NCBI GenBank assembly: GCA_963693365.1
Contig: CAVNZM010000017.1
Span: forward strand, 4,888,708 to 4,952,707
Source: Amoebidium appalachense
Taxonomy: Eukaryota; Protista; Ichthyosporea
Reading direction: 5' to 3'
Length of the DNA stretch: 64,000 nucleotides
Below, piece after piece: positions 33,983 to 64,000 of the stretch. Below the pieces are notes generated by a model. The model made no database searches. It was not told the DNA's origin and was given only the letters and a program-made list of their open reading frames with translations. Every line of letters starts with the position of its first letter. Position 1 is the stretch's first letter. Position numbers and translations under genes: made by a program.

Positions 33983-34638
33983 CCAAACACGAAGGGAGAG
34001 GGGGAGGGGGGGGAGGGGGGAGGGGGGAGGGGGGGTCTCTTGAGTAGGAGCCAGTGTGGGGGAGCATAACGGTATTTGGGACCGACCGAGTTTGTAGCGG
34101 TGTTATCACCCCTCAAGAGCGCTTTTTTGGCTGTTATCTATATATTTCCTGACAGCTTATAATTTTTACTATAATATTGTGTAGAAATAATAGTCCTGCA
34201 GGCAGCGCTGCAGCCGAAAAAGTTAGCCAGCAAGGGGGCATAACTAACCTGTTATGGTTAGCCACATGCAAAAAATGGCGCATAAATAATTGGCTAATTT
34301 TGATTGGGTAGCACCTGCCATCATGCTGTGTGGGGGTTTAATGGATGTGTGGGGGTTTTGGGGGGTTACGGAGGTGGGGAAGACTGCACACTTTTCTTTG
34401 TTCTTTTGGCCTATTTCCATACATCAGGGGTTTCTTCACATTTATAGAACTCTGTCCTACTTCTATCCATTCTTTTGGAAGAAGAAGAAGAGGGAGGGAG
34501 GGGGGGGGGGGGGGGGAGGGAGGGGGGTGAGGAAAGGAGGAAGAGGGCTGGGGATGGATGGGTAGGCGATCAGCAGAAAGGGGTGGGGGCCGGGGTGGGG
34601 GGGGGTGCAGGCGGGCGAGCGAAAGAGCACCGACAAAC

Positions 34639-50458
<15,820 letters not shown>

Positions 50459-50807
50459 CTGTAGAAAAAACGTGATTTAGAGTCCATTCAAGTATAAACC
50501 ACGGATGATTTGGAACCCCAATCCCCATTAGTTTGGACTCTAATGTATGATTCATGATGCAAACTCTTTTTTTGTGCGTACCAATTTTTTCATTATCGTT
50601 TTCGTTTTTTCTTCTCTTTTTTCTTTCTTTCTTTCTTTCTTTCTTTTTTTTGGGGGGGTTGAAGAATATGTATTTGTTGTCCACGTGAATGTATACGTCG
50701 TTCTCCGTAACACACTCTAACCACCTTCTGACTATTCCATCTCTTTCTTCCATTTTTTGTCTTTCTTTGCTGTTTTTTTTGTTTTTTGTTTTTTTTCCCA
50801 TTCCTTT

Positions 50808-50843
<36 letters not shown>

Positions 50844-51268
50844 TTTTTTTTTTTGGGTGTGTGTGTGGGGGAGGGGGGGGGGAGGGGGGCGCGGGGCGGA
50901 CCCGGAGGAGGGGGGGAAGAGGGGGGGGGGGGGGGGGGGGGGGCACAAAAGAAGGAAAGGTGAGAAAAACAGGTGGGAGGTGAAAGGTGGGAAGGGTGGG
51001 CTGTCGGGGGGTACGTGTGAGACAGCGAGAGGGGGGGGGGGGGGGGGGGGGGAGGGGGGGGGGATATATGGAGAAACGACGGGCAGAGGAGCAGAAAAGG
51101 ACAGAGAATGTGTGTGGGGTATGTGTGTGGGACAGAGAGAGGTAAAGAGCAAAAGTGGGAGGACATAATGGAGATAGAGAGGGGCGGAAGAGGGAGGGGG
51201 TGGAGGTGAGGGAGTGAGAGAGAGGGGAGGAGGAGGGGGGGAAGGAAGGGGGGAAGAGGGAGGAAGGG

Positions 51269-51300
<32 letters not shown>

Positions 51301-51434
51301 GGCGGGGGAAGGAGGGGAGAGGGGGGGGGGGGAGGGGAGGGGGGGGAGAGAGAGAGAGGAGAGGTTTAAAGAGCCGGGGAGAGAGAAAGAAAGAAGGAGA
51401 ATGAGTTTCACAGCGGGTGTGAGCATGTGTGTAC

Positions 51435-51522
<88 letters not shown>

Positions 51523-51553
51523 TGTGTTTGTGTTTGTGTGTGTGTGCACGTCA

Positions 51554-51593
<40 letters not shown>

Positions 51594-52836
51594 ATGTCCA
51601 TGCTTATGTACGTGCGTCAAGAACGAAGCTTCCTCCTGCTTAAACCCCCACACACGCCTCACCTACCTTGTCCACTTACCTCTCCCCACAGCATCATCCC
51701 AAATACATGAATAAGTGCCACTCTATGTTCCCCACCCTTCGCCTCGACCCCCTTCTTTTTCTCTGCCTTATAACACAACACAACTTCTCTCGACAGATGT
51801 ACTTTTCTTAAGACAAATATAGCCTTTCATCGCGCCCCATCACCATGTCGCTTTTGCATAGCGAGCAGCCCCCCTCCCCCTCCCTCCTCCCCCTCCCCCC
51901 TCCCCCCTCCCTTTTAAGTTGCACCCACACCAGCCCACATCAACATGGATGCACAGACAGCTCTCCTCACTCACTCATGCAGTCTTTACATCCATAGATT
52001 TAAATATGGCATCCCAAACTTCTACACAAACTTACTCTTTTCAGGTCTAACAAGCAATCGCCAGCATCAAGAAACCCCAGACCCTAAAATTTATAAGAAC
52101 CATGAGCAGGAGAAAATAATACCTTTCTAGAGCAACTTGGAAGTGAATGTTGACCAGCAGATCCTCCATCCCTGCGTCCCTGTCTTTCTTCCTGGACTAA
52201 AACATGAACCAAAAGGCCTCATGGCAACACACTACACTTCCAATCTAGACTAAAGTTGCGCTGTGTACGTAACCAATTTGAGCGTCGCAAAGGTGCTAAA
52301 AGGCATCCTCCTTCGGCCGTACAATCAGAAACACGACGAAAGGGGCCTTGCACACAAGAACATGGGTGTGCTTCCCTGCTGGCTTACACGGATCCCTACT
52401 GTGAATGGTGCTCTTATCGCACCTAGCTGAGCCTTACGCTTCAAAAGAGAGAGAAAATGGTGTTCCAGCACATCTGTATTGAACAGCACACACTGTGCCG
52501 TATCTCTCCCCAACTCACTGACTCTCTTACTGGGTGGCTCATCACTCAACCTAAGTCCAACGCTTCTGACATCACTCTGTTCTGAAATGAGGCCGATGAC
52601 CAATTTAGATGCACATATACATGTTGAGGTTAGCGTAAACATTTGTAGACTAATGGCTCACTACCGGAAGGCTTTTGCGTTTTCACCAAATTTTTTACCA
52701 CACGTGTAAAGCCACTAAGTTTAGGTGCTGGCATGTTTTGGCTGCCTCAGTAGCTCTTACTGTACTTCATAGCTGACTGCCAAATAGCAACCAGCCGAAG
52801 TCTTTTGGTTGGTGGCCGTATTATCATCATCAGAAC

Positions 52837-56866
<4,030 letters not shown>

Positions 56867-57396
56867 GGATTTTGTCTGTTGTTTTTTCCATTCTTCATTC
56901 CCCCCCCCTCCCCCTCCCCCTTCCCCCCCCCCCCCCCCCCCACACACACACGCACACACATACACACCCACCCACCCCCTCCCCCTCCCCCCTACTTCCC
57001 CTTCACTCACAAGTACACACCCACACACACGACCACCTCAATCACCCACCTACCCGCGGCCGCTGCACCACCAGCGTATCGACACACCCATCTTCTCTCT
57101 GTGCGTTTGGGTTCGGAGTTGTTGAAGATTCGTTTTCCGTGTTTACTATTTGGTGATTTGTTTGGTGTTTTATACGTGCTCCACCCACCGGTACACCACC
57201 ACCACCACCATCCCAACTGCTCCTTAATATGCAAGGTCTTGCATGTGCACATGTTTTGTGTGCACGTGCATTTATTGTTCAGTAATATATTCATGAGCGA
57301 TAGCTTAGCGCACATGGCTACATAAATGATAGTCATGGTGGCTGAATGTAGCGTTGAAATACTGCACACAGATAGTTGAAATGGCGTGAAGATGAA

Positions 57397-57432
<36 letters not shown>

Positions 57433-58059
57433 CCCCTTTCCCCTGCCCTGTATATGTAACGAAAAGGTCTATAGATATATTTCAATGTATCTGGTTCTTT
57501 AGCACTTTCTTTTTCTTTCTTTCTTTTTTTTTTTTTTTTTTTTTGTATATGTGATAAACGAAAAGGTCTCTGAATTATATCAACGAATCTGGTTATATAG
57601 TACGAGGTCAACATTTGCAATACGACACTATGTGCACCGTAAATGCACCATGGTTTACTCGCCACATGCATATGTCCACATAGAACTGGCACGGGGTCTC
57701 GTTCAAACATTTCGAAATACGTAAGAAGTATCAAAGTAAGAGGCCCTGTATCAAATAAGAAGTATCAAATGAAAATTTTCATCTGGTGGTCATGAATTTG
57801 GTTTGATTTCAATATGGAGTACTAGTGTAAAATGATTTGTAAATTATAATATGATGTATTCTCTTGAAACTTTATTATTCATGAATCATCTACACATGTA
57901 TACACATCACCCTATGTTCATAGAGCCTTTTTTGGATCCGGCATCACGCCAATATTAGTTTTGTAGTCAACTGTTTAGAGCAACAGTCTTGATGGCGCAC
58001 GGCCATCCCGGCCCCCGGCTCTCTGAACATATCAGCATGCATATGCATATGACCAACTG

Positions 58060-58101
<42 letters not shown>

Positions 58102-58142
58102 TTCCCCCCCCCCCCCCCCCCCCCCCCCCCCGCGTATCATAT

Positions 58143-58478
58143 CCAAATTCCGGAAATATTCCGGAAATTTCAACTTTTGTGAATATTAACCGCACAAAAT
58201 CACTACAATAAATTACACAGACAGATGTCGCATCCAATGGAAATGATTCTTTAATTTTCCGGAAATTTCCTAGGCTAATCAGAAATAGTCCCTAAAATCA
58301 ACCTTTAAAGGTTTGATGGGAACGTTCTTATGGGAAATTTCTGTTTCGAATTCGCACCCGGCGCTCAAGTACTGTAGAGTTGGAAATCTAGGAAATTTCC
58401 ATGGAAATTGATAGGCCAAAATTTCCAAGGAATAATGGCCAGGTTGGGGGAGTGATGGAAATTTCCGACTGTGGCAAG

Positions 58479-58515
<37 letters not shown>

Positions 58516-58683
58516 ACCCACCCACCCACACACACACCCACACACACACACCCAGGGCCTACGAATAAATACATGTGAAGGTGCACACCAAGACACCTAG
58601 GCCTATAGCTCCACAACACCTATAGTATTTATATATGCTGGTAATATTATTACGTTGAACAGGAAAATTCCGGAAATTTCCAT
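58143..58683. repeat. Cluster of GGAAATTTCC-like palindromic motifs, probable hAT-type non-autonomous element remnant
   Basis: ggaaattt(cc) or ttccggaa at ~58150-58171, 58258-58270, 58333, 58391-58410, 58457, 58662-58681. Confidence 0.55.
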
Positions 58684-58805
58684 AAAAAAAAAAAAAGTGT
58701 GCACGTAGACCTTCATATGCATCATCTGCACATATAATCAGCTGCGCCTTTGCATTGCCCCCCCCCCCCCCCCCCCCCGCGCGCATGCGAGTGTGTTTTT
58801 TTTTT

Positions 58806-58836
<31 letters not shown>

Positions 58837-58948
58837 GTGTGTGTGTGTGCGTGTGTGCACGTGTGTACGTGTGTTTAATTTTTTGGAAGGGGGTTAGAAT
58901 CCGTGTAATAGAGAAAAAAGAATACATTCATATTATAATAATATGTTT

Positions 58949-59022
58949 CGGACAACACAATACAGAGTGCAACCCACACAAATTTAGCATGCATAAAGTT
59001 TTAAAGCAGAGCCCAGTCTCCG
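58949..59022. repeat. Diverged internal fragment of the dispersed repeat family
   Basis: cggacaacacaatacagagtgcaa..atgcataa..aagcagagccca resembles 18945-19005. Confidence 0.65.
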
Positions 59023-59837
59023 GGGGAGGGAGGGAGAAGGGGGGGGGGGGGGGGGGGGGGGGGGGCGGGCAGTTCACCCGCTCACGCATATGACTAATAA
59101 CTGCTATTGTTCACTTCTTCGTAATACTACACACACGTGCGCGTGCTGCAAGCACACGATCGCACGCGCACGCGCATGCACACAGTGCATTCACACACAC
59201 ACAAACACGTGCGCACGCCGGCGGGCACATACACACATGCACAGCTTCGTCTGACACATATATGGTCGTTTGCTTGACCCAATTCGAAAATTTATTGCCA
59301 AATTAGGAACTATTATTTTAACATGACCTCAAATACTTTAGATCTCTGGTAGTACGTCTTTTTCCTGATTTGTTTATGTGTGCTTATCTGTGGTTCCTGT
59401 GCAGTTGTGTTTGTGTGTATGTGTGTGCGTGTGTGCTTGTATGTGGATCATCTAGCATGTGTGCCTGTAGCATTGTAGTCACGGTGATATAAAAAGTTGC
59501 GCTTTGAGTGTGCTGTTTCAGTTGAAGAAAGACCAAGTGGATAAAACATATGAATCGTCACACTATAGTAGCTTTTGTCGACACATTACATCCTTAGTCC
59601 ACCGTCCGAGGCCAAAAAAAAAAGCTTATAAGTACAAAGCGTTTGTCATAAATGGAATCTACTCAGTTGAAACACGATCAATACCATCACAAAACACAAA
59701 CCATTTCGTACTCGATGTGAGCGTACGGAGTAACAAAGAAGGAAATAAGAACCATGATGCAAGAGAAGCTTAAAAAGGCCTTGGCCTAGTGGTACAACAA
59801 ATGCTTTTCGTAGGAATACCAAACCATCACGCCCACA

Positions 59838-59873
<36 letters not shown>

Positions 59874-59960
59874 CTGCTGCTACTACCACCACTACTAATT
59901 CTCCTCATACCCCCTTTCCCCCCCCCCCCTCGAAACCCCAGCCCCCCCCCCCCCCCAACA

Positions 59961-59991
<31 letters not shown>

Positions 59992-60084
59992 GCACACACA
60001 CACCAAACGAAAAAAAAAACAAAAAAAAAAAGGACAAAGAAAGAAAGAAAGAAAAAAAAGGAAAGAAAAAGAAAAAAGGAGCAC

Positions 60085-61182
60085 GTGCAATGCACCCATA
60101 TCAACTACTCTGCGATTCCCTCCTTTTCCTTCCTCTCCATCGTCACCTCCCCCTCTCCCCTCCTTCTGTTCGTTCACTTGGACCCCATTTGAACCCGAAT
60201 TCTGTGTAATTCCGGACACATCATTCGACGGAGTATACACATAAATCCCGTGATTTAACACCGGCTGACCGGAATAATGTTGGTACGCATATTGATAACC
60301 GTAACCACCCCACTGTTGCTCGCCTGAAAATTGAACCGTGGGGGGGTTTTCGTGCACCGCGCCGCCCGCCGGCGGCATATGAGTGTAAGGGAGGGGGGCC
60401 TTAAAAACACTCTGCTGTTGAGAGGGAGGGGGCATAGATTGGGGGTGGAGGGGTGTATGCCCATGCCCCGACGGGAGGGGGCTGTTGTTAGAACCCGGAA
60501 AATTGGGCGAAAATTGGGAATTTTGGTCTTGGGTGGTGGGGACGTAGAAAGAACCACTGGAAATGTTGCTCCCGGGGGTCGTTGGGTGTGTGTGTGGGTG
60601 TGTGTCGGCGGAGGGTGTAACGACGAACGAAGGTTGGCGAGTGAGCGTGTTTGTGTTTGTGTTTTCGTTTTGCTGTACCGGACCAGGGGTGTATGGGATC
60701 ATTGCCACATGACCATTGTTGTTGTTGTTGTTGTTGCTGTTGTTGTTGTTTACGTTGATATTTTCTCCGCTTGAATTATTTCCCGTTGTCGCTGGAGACC
60801 AAGTTAGGCGTCGCGGGAGGTTGTATGAAGCTTGGGGGGGCGCCGGGGTATTTGGGTGAAGTAGGCTGTGTAGGCGACGTACCAACCTCGGGTGTGCTGA
60901 TTCTAACCCGTGTGGATTCGGTGTTCCTCCGAGGGTAGCGGGGTAGGGTGGGTTGTTCTCCTTTCCGAGATTCATGCTCAGGAACGGATGGGGGCGGGTA
61001 AGGTGCGTAGGGTACGGGTAGGATGCTGGGGTGTGTGGGACCTGTGTGTGTGTGTGTGTGTGGGGGGGGGGGGGGGGAGGGGGGGGGGAGGGGAGGGAGG
61101 GGGGAGTGGGGAGGGCGGGAGGGGGGGGGGGGGGGGGGGGGGAGACGGGAGGGGCAGGGGGAAGGGGAAATGGGGAGGGGTG

Positions 61183-61261
<79 letters not shown>

Positions 61262-61776
61262 TGTCAGTGTTTGTGTGTGCGCGCCCGGCCACCTTCGTGT
61301 GTGTTTATGTTCGATGGGAAAAGGGAGGAGGGGAGATTAGAGGAAATAGGAGCATGTCTTTGGGTGTTCATGTGTGAGTGTGAGAGCTTGTGTGGTGGGG
61401 CTTACGGTGAGGCTGGGGTTGGGGGTTGAAGGTTGTGATTGTGGTTGTGGTGGTGGTGGTGGTGGTGGTGGTGGTGGTGGTGGGGGGGGGGGGGGGGGGG
61501 AGGGGGAAATGTGAGAAAGTGAGTCTTATGACTGGTGATAGCTTTCATGGATAGTATGGAGGGGCATTCTGCTTTGGAGAAATTTGATAGAGGGGGAATG
61601 GAATGCACAGGGGAGTCACCGTCAAATGGGGAGGTGGGGTTGGTTGGTTGGTTGGTTGGTTGGTTGGTTGGGAGGGGGAGGGGGGGGGGGGGGGGGAAGG
61701 GGGGCTCTTTCGTAACTGTGCCTTTTCTCTCCTTTTTTTTTTTTTTTTTTGGCAGGAGGACGTAGGAGATGAAGAA

Positions 61777-61840
<64 letters not shown>

Positions 61841-61848
61841 CGTGGGGT

Positions 61849-61883
<35 letters not shown>

Positions 61884-62186
61884 CTCTGCTTAGTAAGAGA
61901 AAGAAACCAAAGAAACAAACGACAACTGCAGACACGTACCTTTGAATGGATGGGGCCAGCCATTGTCCCGTAGAAGTAACGGGCTGGCCGGGGTGGAGGG
62001 GCAAGGGGGGGACTGGGGACGGAGTGCCTCATACTCACTGCGTCACATGACCAGTTTATTATTCAATTTTTATTTATCAATTTGCTAACTTATTATTATT
62101 ATTATTATTTTTATTATCATCATCGTCATCATCATCACTATTATTTTTTGGGTGGTTGGGTGGGTGGGTGGGTGGGGGGGGGGGGT

Positions 62187-62233
<47 letters not shown>

Positions 62234-62865
62234 TGAATGCGGAACACAGTACGAAGTACGCATAGACGATGAGAAGCATGATGCAGGACACATGCAAAGG
62301 CAAACATTCAAGTATGCAGCATCAGCCATGCGCACAGTATGCGTCATAAGCAGAGCCCATCCTCAGGGAGGGCCCAAGTCATCAATTGCGTCTGAGTTTC
62401 GACCCCTTAGCCCGCGTATATACGACGCTCCAACTCAGACAGCAGCATCAACTGAACTTGGGTGGGTCAACCCGTCTTGATCAAAGACGAGCAGGGTTGC
62501 TTATGCAAGCAAGGTGAGCAAAACGGTGAAGATGTGTGTGCAAACTAATGCAGTGCAGCGACAAACGCGTATGTGCTTACAGATGCACGACACAGAGCAA
62601 CCATGCCCGGTTGCATGGAAGTAAAGGGGGGGGGGGGGGGGGATGCTGAGTTAAAGAAAAGATTGTGGTCCGGAATTCGAAGTACCGATAAGAAACGAAT
62701 AAAAAAGTTGTGCAGAGGCGATACATTGTTTTTCACAGTTCCCATGTATGGTCGATCCGATCGAGCAATGATTCGGTCTTGACCAATGTCCTATAAATAA
62801 CGTGGATACACAAAAAAGACCTCTAGAAGAATATGCACCACAAGAAGACCCCGTTGTCAGGAGGG

Positions 62866-62925
<60 letters not shown>

Positions 62926-63951
62926 TTATTTTTTTTTTGGGGGGAGGGAAGGGGGGAGGGGGAGGAATATTGAATGGGTTACAGAATACGAAGTACGCAT
63001 TCATGACGAACAAAACAATCGGGGGAGGGAGAGGGGGGGGGGGGGGGGGGGATGAGATGGGGGCAAAGGGAGGAATGGTAGAGGGGAATGGGGGGAACAG
63101 GGATGTGGATTTAATGGAGAGTGTCATTTATTTTTTGTGGTCGTGGTAATAGAGAGAGAGTGTTTGTGTGTGTGTGTGGGGGGGGAAGGGCGGGGGAATG
63201 GGGAATATTGAAGGAAGAGGGTGCCATCAAGAGTGTGCACGTGTGTGTGTGTGTGTGTGTGTGTCGGTGGCAATGGTGGTTGGCGGGTGGGGGGCAGGGG
63301 GGGGTTGTTTTTGTTCTAGATGGTAGGATGTTGTGGTGGATATGGTGCGGGCTGTTCAAAGGAGCATAGAGGAGGAGCATAGCGAAAGGGCGGAAAGAGA
63401 AGGGGGAATTTACATCAAGCTATCACCTGAACCTACGACCTCTTAAGGTGAAGGCCCCTATCAATTTCGGGAGCCATTCAAACCGATCATCGACCCCAAT
63501 AGATCTAGAAATCAATGCGCTGATTGGCTAGTCGGGCGTAAATCAATCGATGAGCCCCCCTAGCTAAATTTGCAAATCGTAGATCCCCCGAAAACGAGAA
63601 GCCCTTCCCCCATTAATATTGAAATTTTATTATGAAAACCGATGATTTTGGTAGAGTAACCCGGGGGTCTCAGAGTTTCGCTACTCATATTGTAGGAGCT
63701 GCCTATTGGGAAATTTGCAGTAAAAGGACAGCCCCCCTTTATATGACAAGCAAAATTCTGATTGATAGGGGCCTTGATGAGTGAAAGTGTGTCTGTGTGG
63801 TGGTGGCGGCGGCTTTTTATCCATAATATTATCATTATTATTGGGGAAAAGGGGGGGGGGGGGGGGGGGGGGGGGGATTACTCAGAAGTTCGGCGACATC
63901 AAAGTCTGATGACGTTCTTGGAGGAATGACATTTTTGGATGCGACATATCC
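60085..63951 (-). CDS. Partial gene of unknown function with a large Pro/Asn/Ser/Gln-rich low-complexity exon; continues beyond window end
   Basis: ~900-nt open mostly unique frame 60975-~60085 (poly-N, PPPSQQQS, YGYQYAYQHY); upstream AG/GT-bounded islands near 61940-62037, 62680-62790, 63880-63951; exon chain not resolved. Confidence 0.45.
62232..62514. mobile_element. Second long copy of the structured dispersed repeat family (short fragment also at 62970-63017)
   Basis: Follows a long G-run; shares ttgaatgcg..agtacgaagtac, cataagcagagcccatcctcaggg, gagtttcgacc, caactcaga, cccgtcttgatca.agacgagcagggttgcttatgca.gcaagg with 18908-19149. Confidence 0.75.
63452..63774. mobile_element. PIF/Harbinger (Tourist-like) MITE
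   Basis: TGA|aggcccctatcaat ... attgataggggcct|TGA: 14-bp perfect TIR and 3-bp TNA target duplication. Confidence 0.85.
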
Positions 63952-64000
63952 TGCAAATATTTTGGGCGGATACGTTAGAGGAGAAGGGGGGTAGGCCATG

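Overview
Intron-rich eukaryotic genomic DNA, saturated with poly-C/poly-G homopolymers and (CA)n/(GT)n microsatellites, so almost all ORFs in the supplied track (poly-P, HTHT, CVCV) are spurious. Manual splicing (GT-AG, phase-checked) recovers: the 3' end of an AASDH/ACSF4-like PQQ-propeller gene (+), an intronless MYND zinc-finger ORF (-), a bacterial-type VOC/glyoxalase-like gene (-) head-to-head with a 7-exon HAD hydrolase (+), a long partly resolved multi-exon gene with C2-like segments and YEEV motifs (-), a 4-exon GNAT acetyltransferase with a putative mitochondrial presequence (+), and part of a low-complexity gene (-) at the right end. Mobile DNA includes a full-length but disrupted pogo/Tigger transposon, several MITE/foldback elements and a ~290-bp satellite. 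The most unusual signals are a dispersed repeat family anchored on G/C tracts that carries a covarying multi-stem structure, an exon whose 5' splice site pairs with its upstream intron, and introns ending in (CA)n-CAG. Taxon cannot be determined; a unicellular holozoan is only a weak inference. All homology calls are from recalled motifs, not database searches.
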